Assembly: GCF_006345805.1 (NCBI RefSeq) | Contig: NC_042997.1 | Span: forward strand, 155,062,001-155,126,000 | From: Octopus sinensis | Taxonomy: Eukaryota | Reading direction: 5' to 3' | DNA length: 64,000 bases | In this document: positions 49,374 to 59,318 of the stretch, one piece after another | Layout: each line of letters starts with the position of its first letter | Position numbering within the stretch: position 1 is the first letter of the stretch | Made by a program: the position numbers and the translations under genes | The notes under the pieces: model-generated | Database searches by the model: none | What the model was told of the DNA's origin: nothing | The model's input: the letters and a program-made list of their open reading frames with translations, nothing else

Positions 49374-49418
49374 TTCTACAGGACTAGAACTGTTTCATTC
49401 AAGAGAAATCTTCAGGAA
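49374..49418 (-). ncRNA. Minimal type I hammerhead ribozyme motif in a Penelope-like fragment (49286-49420)
   Basis: UUC-CUGAAGA-U[UUC UCUU GAA]U-GAA-ACAG uucuaguc CUGU-A-GAA; all core nucleotides are present and the cleavage triplet is GUA. Confidence 0.65.
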
Positions 49419-49426
49419 TAAATATA

Positions 49427-49870
49427 TCATCATCATCATTTAACGTCCGCTTTCCATGCTAGCATGGGTTGGACGGTTCAACTGGGGTCTGAGGAGCCCG
49501 AAGGCTGCACCAGGCCAGTCAGATCTGGCAGTGTTTCTACAGCTGGATGCCCTTCCTAACGCCAACCACTCCGAGAGTGTAGTGGGTGATTTTATGTGCC
49601 ACCGACACAGGTGCCAGACGAGGCTGGCGAACGGCCACGCTCGGATGGTGTTTTTATGTGCCACCGACACAGGTGCTAGGCGAGGCTGGCGAACGGCCAC
49701 GCTCGGATGGTGTTTTTATGTGCCACCGACACAGGTGCCAGACGAGGCTGACGAACGGCCACGATCGGATGGTGTTTCTTACGTGCCCACAGCACGGAGG
49801 CCAGTCGATGCAGTACTGGCTATGGCTACGTTCGGATGGTTTTCTTGTGTGCCACCGGCACTGGTACCAC
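49427..49870 (-). mobile_element. RTE 3' UTR copy (stack element 1)
   Basis: (GAT)n tail, internal ~50-bp GTGCCACCGACACAGG repeats, CpG-rich (young). Confidence 0.9.
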
Positions 49871-51897
49871 ATCATCATCATCATCATCATCATTTAGCGT
49901 CCGTTTTCCATGCTAGCATGGGTTGGACGGTTCTACTGGGGTCTGTGAAGCCAGAAGGCTTCATCAGGTCCAGTCAAATCTGGCAGTGTTTCTACGGCTG
50001 GATGCCCTTCCTAACGCCAACCACTCCGTGAGTGTAGTGGGTGCTTTTTACGTGCCACCCGCACTGGTGCCAGACAGAGCTGGCAAACGGCCATGAACGG
50101 ATGGTGCTTTTTATGTGCCACCGGCACGAGGGCCAGGCGAGGCTGGCAACGGACACGAAAGGGGGGCGGTGCTGGCAACGGTCGCGAAACGGAAAGTTCT
50201 CTTACATGCCACCGGCACTGGTAACACATCTGCAATTTCCATTGATCGATTTCCATTGATCGATTTCGATTCTGATCCTCACTTGCCTCAATGGGTCTTC
50301 ACAAGCAGAGTTTCGACATGCCACCGGCACTGGTAGCACATCCGCAATTCCATTGATCGATTTCGATTCTGATCCTCACTTGCCTCAACACGTCTTCACA
50401 AGTAGAGTTTTGTGTCCCAAGAAGGGAAGGTATGCATACGTAGGCTGGCTCCATCCCATGTAGAAGGCCACGGGTTGTGGACTCACTTGTCCTGCCGGGT
50501 CTTCTCGCGCACAGCACACTTCCAGAGGTCTCGGTCTCTAGTCATTCCTCAGTGAGACCTAAAGTTCGAAGGTCGTGCTTCACCACCTCGTCCCAGGTTT
50601 TCCTGGGTCTGCCTCTTCCACAGGTTCCCTCAACCGCTAGGGTGTGGCACTTTTTCACACAACTATCTTCATCCATTCTCGCCACATGACCATACCAGCG
50701 CAAACGTCTCTCTTGCACACCACAACTGATGCTTCTTAGGTCCAGCTTTTCTCTCAAGGTACTTACACTCTGCGAGTGTGAGTACCGGCATTACACATCC
50801 ATCGGAGCATACTGGCTTCATTTCTAGCGAGCTTACGCATATCCTCAGCAGTCACGGCCCATGTTTCACTGCCATGTAGCATGGCTGTTCGTACACACGC
50901 ATCATACAGTCTGCCTTTCACTCTGTGCGAGAGGCCTTTTGTCACCAGCAGAGGTAAGAGCTCTCTGAACTTTGCCCAGCTATTCTTACTCTAGCAGTTA
51001 CACTTTCAGCACACCCGCCCCTGCTGCTGACTTGGTCACCTAGGTAACGGAAACTATCAACTATTTCTAGTTTTTCTCCCTGGAAAGTGACGGAAGTTGG
51101 TCTCAGAGCATTTTCAGTGTTTATTGTTCCTGAGCATCTGCCACATACAAAACCATCTTCCTAGTTAGCCTTCCTTTGACATGCTGCATCTCTTATGTGT
51201 CCATAGCTTACACTTGGTGCATCTTATAGAGTTTTACCTACACCTTTTCTACAGATCGAGCAGGGCCATCTACCTGAAGGTGTTTGTGATTTGTCTACCT
51301 TCCTACTGATTACGACTTTGGTTTTAGCTAGATTGACTCTGAGGCCCTTCGATTCTAATCCTTGTTTCCACACCTGAAACTTCTCCTCCAGTCCTGATAG
51401 CGACTCAGCAATTAGAGCAAGGTCATCAGCATAGAGGAGCTCCCAAGGGCATCCTGTCTTGAATTCCTCCGTTATTGCCTGGAGGACTATGATAAGTAGG
51501 AGGGGGCTGAGTACTGAGCCTTGGTGGACCCCTACCTCTACCCGGAATTCTTCACTGTACTCATTTCCAACCCTCACCATACTAGCGGCGTCCCTATACA
51601 TGGCCCGCACAGCTCTCACTAACCATTCATCTATCCCTAGTTTTCTCATTGCCCACCAGATAAGGGATCGGGGGACCCTGTCGAAGGCTTTCTCCATGTC
51701 AACAAAAGCCAGGTACAGGGGCTTATCTTTGGCTAGGTATTTCTCCTGCAGCTGCCTTACCAGGAATATAGCATCAGTAGTACTTTTCCCTGGCACAAAC
51801 CCAAACTGCATCTCATCTAAACTAACTCACTCTCTAATTAGTTGGGCTATGACCCTCTCCGTAACCTTCATCACCTGGTCCAACAGCTTGATACCTC
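49871..51897 (-). mobile_element. Young 5'-truncated RTE LINE with RT domain (stack element 2)
   Basis: QFGFVPGKSTTDAIF, FVDMEKAFDRV, GVHQGSVLSP, LLYADD and GRPRKTW motifs; a few frameshifts; 3' UTR and (GAT)n tail. Confidence 0.96.
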
Positions 51898-51908
51898 ATA
51901 CATATATA

Positions 51909-54329
51909 TCATCATCATCATCATCATCATCATTTAGCGTCCGTTTTCCATGCTAGCATGGGTTGGACGGTTCAACTGGGGTCTGGGGAGCCCGAAGGCT
52001 GCACCAGGCCAGTCAGATCTGGCAGTGTTTCTACAGCTGGATGCCCTTCCTAACGCCAACCACTCCGAGAGTGTAGTGGGTGTGATTTTATGTGCCACCG
52101 ACACAGGTGCCAGACGAGGCTGGCGAACGGCCACGCTCGGATGGTGTTTTTATGTGCCACCGACACAGGTGCCAGACGAGGCTGGCAGACGGCCACGCTC
52201 GGATGGTGTTTTTATGTGCCACCGACACAGGTGCCAGATGAGGCTGGCGGACGGCCACGATCGGTGGTGTTTGTTACGTCCCCAAAGCACGGAGGCCAGT
52301 CTATGCGGTACTGGCTACGGCCACGTTCGGATGATTTCTTGTGTGCCACGGCACTGGTACACAAAGATACAAATTCCATTTATGTTCATCTATTTTGATT
52401 TGTTTGATTGATTTGATTTGATTTGATTTGAAAGATACAAATTCCATTGATGTTCATCTATTTTGATTTGATTTGATTTGATTTTCACTTGCCTCAAAAG
52501 GTCTTCACAAGTGTCACAAGAGGAAGGAAGGTATGCACAGGTGAACTGACAACGTCCCAGGTAGGGGCCACGGGTTATGGCCTGACTAGTCTTGCCGGTC
52601 TTCGGATGATGTTTTTATGTGTCTCCGACACAGTGCCAGATGGATGGTGTTTGTACGTGCCCACAGCACGGAGGCCAGTCGATGCAGTACTGGCTACGGC
52701 CACGTTCGGATGGTTATCCTGTGTGCCACCGGCACTGGTACCACAAAGATACAAATTCCATTGATGTTCATCTTTTTGATTTGATTTGTTTTGATTTGAT
52801 CACTTGTCTCAACAGGTCTTCACAAGTGTCACAAGAAGGAAGGTATGCACAGGTGGACTGACTACGTCCCAAGTAGAGGCCACGGGTTATGGCCTGACTA
52901 GTCTTGCCGGGTCTTCGGATGGTGCTTTTATGTGCCACCGACACAGGTGCCAGATGAGGCTGGCGAACGGCCACGATCGGATGGTGTTGTTATGAGCCCA
53001 CAGCACAGAGCCAGTCGATGCGGTACTGGCTACGGCCATGTTCGGATGGTTAGCTTGTGTGCCACCGGCCCTGGTACCACAAAGATACAAATTCCATTGA
53101 TGTTCATCTATTGATTTGTTTTGATTTGATCACTTGCCTCAACAGGTCTTCACAAGTGTCACAAGAAGGAAGGTATGCACAGGCGGACTGACTACGTCCA
53201 GGTAGGGGCCACGGGTTATGGCCTGACTAGTCTTGCCGGGTCTTCAGATGGTGTTTTTATGTGCCACCGACACAGGTGCCTGATGAGGCTGGCGAACGGA
53301 CATGATCGGATGGTGTTTGTTACGTGCCCACAGCACGGAGGCCAGTCGATGCGGTACTGGCTACGGCCACGTTCGGATTGTTTTCTTGTGTGCCACTGGC
53401 ACTGGTACCATAAAGATACAAATTCCATTGATGTTCATCTATTTTATTTTGATTTTCACTTTCACTTGCCTCAAAAGGTCTTCACAAGTGTCACAAGAAG
53501 GAAGGTATGCACAGGTGGACTGACTACGTCCCAGGTTGGGGCCACGGATTATGGCCTGACTAGTCTTGCCGGGTCTTCGGATGGTGTTTTTATGTGCCAC
53601 CGACACAGGTGCCTAGTCTTGCCGGGTCTTCGGATGGTGTTTTTATGTGCCACCGACACAGGTGCCGGATGAGGCTGGCGAACGGCCACGATCGGATGGT
53701 GTTTGTTACGTGCCCACAGCACGGAGGCCAGTCAATGCAGTACTGGCTACGGCCACGTTCGGATGGTTTTCTTGTGTGCCACCGGCACTGGTACCACAAA
53801 GATACAAATTCCATTGATATTCATCTATTTCGATTTGTTTTGATTTTTTTTTTTTTTTTTTTTTTTTTTGATTTTCACTTGCCTCAACAGGTCTTCACAA
53901 GTGTCACAAGAAGGAAGGTATGCACAGGTGAACTGACTACGTCCCAGGTAGGGGACGCGGGTTATGGCCTGACTAGTCTTGCCGGGTCTTCGGATGGTGT
54001 CTTTATGTGCCACCGACACAGGTGCCAGATGAGGCTGGCGAACGGCCACGATCGGATGGTGTTTGCTATGTGCCCACAGCACGGAGGCCAGTCGATGCGG
54101 TACTGGCTACGGCCACGTTCGGATGGTTTTCTTGTGTGCCACCGGCACTGGTAACAAAGATACAAATTCCATTGATGATCATCTATTTTATTTTGATTTT
54201 CACTTTCACTTGCCTCAACAGGTCTTCACAAGTGTCACAAGAAGGAAGGTATGCACAGGTGGACTGACTACGTCCCAGGTAGGGGCCACGGGTTATGGCC
54301 TGACTACTCTTGCCGGGTCTTCTCACGCA
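51909..54329 (-). mobile_element. RTE element whose ORF end plus 3' UTR is amplified about 6 times (stack element 3)
   Basis: Marker CACTTG(C/T)CTCAA at about 52486, 52801, 53131, 53463, 53876 and 54207. Confidence 0.9.
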
Positions 54330-54354
54330 TATATATATATATATATGCATGTAT

Positions 54355-54414
<60 letters not shown>

Positions 54415-54523
54415 TGCATGTTTTATATATATATATACATATATATATATAGTTGGAATTTACAAAAAGAAAAACAAAAGACGAAGACAGGTGTCTAAAC
54501 AACAAACAGGTGTATTAGTTTAA

Positions 54524-54579
<56 letters not shown>

Positions 54580-54760
54580 GAATCTGCGTGTAATATATGT
54601 GTGTGTGTATGTACGTATTATGTATGTATGAATGCATATATAAATACATATATAAATACGAATAAATACATACGCAAATGTATATACGTAAATATGTGTG
54701 TACACATACATACGTACAAGTGTGTGTGTGTGTGTGTAGATAATTATTATTCTGATTAGG
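54330..54760. repeat. (TA)n/(TG)n microsatellite
   Basis: Seen directly. Confidence 0.95.
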
Positions 54761-56241
54761 ATATGATAAAAATATATCGGTGAAACCTTATTGCAATAAT
54801 GTGCCAACCTTGCATCTAAATCATCATATTCGATGTTGATCTGGGGGAACTTTGCTAATGGCTGCCCTCAGTAAAACACTTGGCTTTCTTTTTTAAATAA
54901 TACTACAGATTTGTAACCTTACTTTACATATTTAAACACGATTTATATCCCATTCTAATATCTTACGATGATATTGCGTATTGCTATAGATGAAACGAAC
55001 ACGATTTCAATGATGGAGGAGTATAAACATTTTACGACGTTTCTATTATTTTTTACTGACAACATAGAATTGTTTATGTCGTTCTCAGAACGATATAAAA
55101 ATAGTCAATTAGAGATACGTACATACATATTCATACATACACATACAAATATATATATATATACACACATGTGTGTGTATGTGTGTATGCATACATGTTA
55201 GGGTTTACAAATGAAAGAAAGCATATATATGTGGCGTGTGTGTGTATACATATATACGTACGTACATACATACACACACAGGCTTTCATTTGTGAATCCT
55301 AGCATGAGTTATATACGCATAAATATATGTATGTGTGTGTGTGTGTGTGTGTAATTATACGTATATCTTCAGGTAAAGATTTATAAACGAGAGAAAGCGT
55401 GTATGATACGCTTTCTCTAATTTATAAATATTAACGTGAAATTAGACGTATAATATACATACATCAGTATGCATATTTATACATACGTATATAAGTATAG
55501 GTACGCATATTTATACATATAGTCATGTAAGGATTTACATATGAGAAAATGCTAGTGTATGTATGTATGCGTGTATAAATAAAGTACGGTATGTAAAAAT
55601 TGCGTGCGTGTATATAATTGTTTATATCGTTGTATGAATCTGTGAATCGTTTATGGACTGTTGAGCAAACAGGTTGTTTATTTATTCTTCTGTTTTGCCA
55701 AAAAAAGAAATAAAAGGCTATTTAATTAATAATTAATTATTGCAAAAACCGCCCTGACGTTTATTATCAGGAACCTTAATACTGATACCAAATAACAATC
55801 ATAAACATCTAGTACAATCCATGTTTGCGAAATGAGTTGATTATGTTTTAGGCGTGTGTGTACGTGTGTGTGTGTGCCTTTTTTCTGGAATGACTCAGTC
55901 TTGAATTTAAAAACAAGTGAAACCATTTTAACTATCAACAAAATAACGATTCTGCAACTATATACTGCAGAACCTCACATATGTAATCTAATGATCTGAA
56001 AAACAAGAATTTCTTTATGTCTAAATTAAGGTGATGAAGAGATAAGCGAACTTTAGACAACTCTAATTATCGAACTAAAACGAGATCTAACAAGTTCGTT
56101 CGGATGAGGTGAGATGTTTTAAGGATAACAATTCTTAAACGAAACAGAGAGAAATATTAACTTCGTGAATCACAAAAAATAATTAACAATAAAAGACTAA
56201 ATTTTTGAGTGCATGAAATTCCTTTTTCATCTTTAACTAAC

Positions 56242-56302
56242 CTTTAAAATTCCTTTCGTGTACATAAAGTTTCATCCGCATTTTCTTGCTCGATTGTATC
56301 AT
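56242..56302 (-). CDS. DEPDC5: DEPDC5 coding exon 1: MIQSSKKMRMKLYVHERNFK(E)
   Basis: ATG at 56302, with in-frame alternatives M-R-M and M-K downstream. KLYVHER matches the KLxxHxK N-terminal motif. Donor AAAG|GTTAGT; phase 1 fits exon 2. Confidence 0.85.
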
Positions 56303-56340
56303 TCTGTGACAACTTTCTGTTTTCTTATTGATAACTCCAT
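56299..56340 (-). promoter_or_regulatory. uORF MELSIRKQKVVTE* whose TGA overlaps the first in-frame DEPDC5 ATG
   Basis: ATG at 56340, 13 codons; TGA at 56301-56299 lies within the sequence ATGA. Confidence 0.55.
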
Positions 56341-56834
56341 GAGTAGGTGTCAGCAATTTACAGCGCACAAAATAAAACAAATCCTCGCTAGAACAGATTC
56401 TCTGTTCTAATGGTTAATGATCTTGATCCTGTCTGGATCAAAGAATTGGTAGCTCGACGATCTACCTGAAATAATTCCTAAAACTATATCACACGAACAT
56501 GACGCATCGCCTTTTCTTTTCCTTGTTTGTTTTCTTTTTCCTCTCCTTCCTTCGGTTTCATACGGTGTCAAAGGAAAAACGTAACCTTGCTAATTTAAGT
56601 CCACTGACTGTACTATTAATAGATTATTTTCAGCAATTACATTAATAGTAACGGCTTTCTTTTTCTCATAAAGATATATGGTGGTGTTTAAAGAACATTA
56701 TAGCTATATGTTACTGAAATGTTATATTCTTTATAAATTGCTGATCATTGTCAACTGTTCATTGAATAAATATATTTTGATAAAGGATCTCATTTTCATT
56801 CATGATCACTAAAGTTAACCGATTCATCATTTGA

Positions 56835-56872
56835 CCGCCATTTGTTAACAACAATTTGTCTACTTCCGGAAG
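56835..56872 (-). promoter_or_regulatory. TATA-less housekeeping promoter core: YY1/TISU-like CCGCCATTT (56835-56843) and double ETS site ACTTCCGGAAG (56862-56872)
   Basis: Both motifs are seen directly, about 540 bp upstream of the DEPDC5 ATG, in a locally CpG-retaining region. Confidence 0.6.
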
Positions 56873-57539
56873 GAAAACAATAATAATTAAAATATGCCTT
56901 TTGTTGATAACCCAATCCTTGATTATAACTTACGTCGCAACTAATCTTTATTGCAACGGTGTAACAGAGGTCCTAACTGCATCTGACATTATCCTCTCAG
57001 ATTTTAAGCATTAGTGTTATAGCAGAAACCGTAAAAAGACTTAAAATATTTATTGCAGGAACAAGTGGCCGGACAATATAAAGGACATTAAAATCAAAGG
57101 CCAAGACAAAGTACCACAACTGCTAGAATGCTGCCATGGAATTTTCCAAAAGGATTCAACTTGGTCAGCAGGTGGTTGCTTAATAAAACTGAGATCGATT
57201 TCACTATAAAAACTCTAACTGTCCAGGAAGAAAACACAATGTTGGTCTGAGTCACACTTTATAATATGCTCCACTCTCAAAAGTACAAGCAGGAATCTTT
57301 AAATTCACAAAGCAATATGCCTACGATGTTTACTTCACTAAGCCAATTTTTGCTTTCAGTCTCATTCATATTATCTCCAACAACTGCTTCACCACAAGGA
57401 ATACCATGAAATTTTTCAATTCATTAAGGCAAAGCAGTTTTTATGAGTACCTAATTCAATCTACTGAAACTGCTAGCAGTAATTAGAGAAAACTAATTGC
57501 AGTTAGCATGAAACACATGAATGATTCTAAAATTAAAAT

Positions 57540-57670
57540 ATGATCATATTGTGGACAGAAAGAGCATGGTACAAATGCATGACTATTAATACTCAAACAA
57601 AGGTTTGTCTACCATATGACAAGCAATGCAATTACTGCAAATGTGATGAAGAATTTGACAATGTGCCACA
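57540..57670 (+). mobile_element. Possible Gypsy gag zinc-knuckle remnant
   Basis: CGQKEHG and CLPYDKQCNYCK...F.NV resemble the C-x2-C-x4-H...CPA.GK.C..C pattern. Confidence 0.4.
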
Positions 57671-57982
57671 TAAATGACAGGCTCAAGAATAAAAGAGTTC
57701 TCACAGATGGCAATGAAAGTGCTGTATTTGATGCATGACTACACCAAGAAAGCAAACACAACTATACAATTAACATAAAATATTGTTAGATTATCACATA
57801 AGCAATAAACTGTAAGATATTTATTAATTTCCCTATTATTCCCAAGGATTGCCACAGTTTTGGAATTCTCCTTAAGTATACAACCAAATGCAGTCAGTGG
57901 CTGATACAAGATGCCAAAGTTACATTGGTGTTGTGATGAAATAAAGATAACAGATTGCTTAGTATTAGGGAAATATAATATA

Positions 57983-58330
57983 GGCAGAGGAGTGGCTATG
58001 TGGTAAGTAGCTTGCTTACCAACCACATGGTTCTAGGTTCAGTCCCACTGTGTGGCACCTTGGGCAAGTGTCTTCTACTATAGCCCCAGGCTGACCAAAG
58101 CCTTGTGAGTGGATTTGGTAGACGGAAACTGAAAGAAGCCCATCGTATATATGTATGTGTATATATATATATGTTTGTGTGTCTGTGTTTGTCCCCCAAC
58201 ATCGCTTAACAAATGATAAGAGACCAATAGAATAAGTACTAGGCTTACAAAGAATAAGATCTGGGGTCAATTTGCTCGACTAAAGGCAGTGCTCCAGCAT
58301 GGCCACAGTCAAATGACTGAAACAAATAAA
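57983..58330 (+). mobile_element. SINE family A
   Basis: Consensus match; an inverted sibling follows at about 58400-58790. Confidence 0.85.
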
Positions 58331-59318
58331 TGACTATAATCTCATTCATCGCAAATAATAAAAGTATTAGAATTGTTAGGATATTGATCCATGGAATTGA
58401 TACAAAGAAACAAGCGTTGCATAATCTTTCATTCTTTGTTTCAATCACTGGACTGCAACCATGCTGGGGCACTGCTTTGAAGGGTTTAGTCAAACAAATC
58501 AACCCAAATACTTACTTTTAAATTTGGTACTTATTTTATCAATCTCTTTTGTCAAACTGGTAAGTTATGGGGATGTAAACAAACCAACACTGGTTGTCAA
58601 GCAGTGGGGGGGGCAGACAGTCAAACACTCACACATACATATGTGTGTGTATATATATAATATACAAGGCAGGCTTCCACACAGTTTCCATCTGCCCAAG
58701 CAATGGTCAGCCCAGGGCTATAATAGAAGACACTTGCCCAAGATGCTATGCAATGGGACTGAACCCAAAACCAGTTGGTTGCTAAGAAAGCTTGATAAAG
58801 AATTTTCTAAAAGTATGCAACAACATATGCATCCAATCATGTAATTAGCCCAAATGCCAACATCCCCTGCAAATTCCAGCAGCTTTGCTTTACTCTCTGG
58901 CTATGAAATCAATCATCTAAGATGACAATTACAACTTTTGACACTCTTGAATTCAACAACATTCATTACATGTGAATAACAGCTTCTTCCTTTCATGAAA
59001 GGCCTGCTAATGAAACACATAATAAACCACATTCTTGAATCAGTGGCTCACCTATTCCAGTTCCTCTCTGTTTGCAGAGTGAAGTTTTAAAGGCTTGAAT
59101 CACTTTGTGTTCTGGGAACCATCAAAGATGGAAAACCAGTTACATGATATCACTAAATAGTAATATATACCAAGAAGGAATGTAAATAATTTTTACACTG
59201 TTCATTTCCAAGCATTAAATGTGCATATTATATGTAATATTCACTATACATCTTCATTTCATCAAGCAAGATCTGTTCCATTTGGTAAAAAGAAAACTGC
59301 CTGAAGTGCTTGGAATTA

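Larger units (their letters stand above)
771..56870 (-). other. DEPDC5: DEPDC5 (GATOR1 subunit, Iml1 homologue) gene body; 5' part of the gene, continues beyond base 1
   Basis: Twenty GT-AG exons join with consistent phases into one ORF. It carries DEPDC5 motifs: [81 protein letters not shown] and [18 protein letters not shown]. Confidence 0.97.

Noticed and set aside
49590-49760. ~50-bp GTGCCACCGACACAGG repeats as a CRISPR array
   Set aside because: The intervening sequences are also repeated (no unique spacers), there are no cas genes, and they are internal repeats of an RTE 3' UTR in a eukaryote.
53280-53300. CTGATGAGGCTGGCGAAC as a hammerhead in the tandem array
   Set aside because: Only one unit has CTGATGA (the others have CAGAYGA), GAAA is absent and stems I and III do not form; the array is not evidently a retrozyme.
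51950-54267. Many overlapping MCHRHRCQ.../MPPTQVP... ORFs
   Set aside because: They arise in several frames on both strands from GC-rich UTR repeats; no coding signature.
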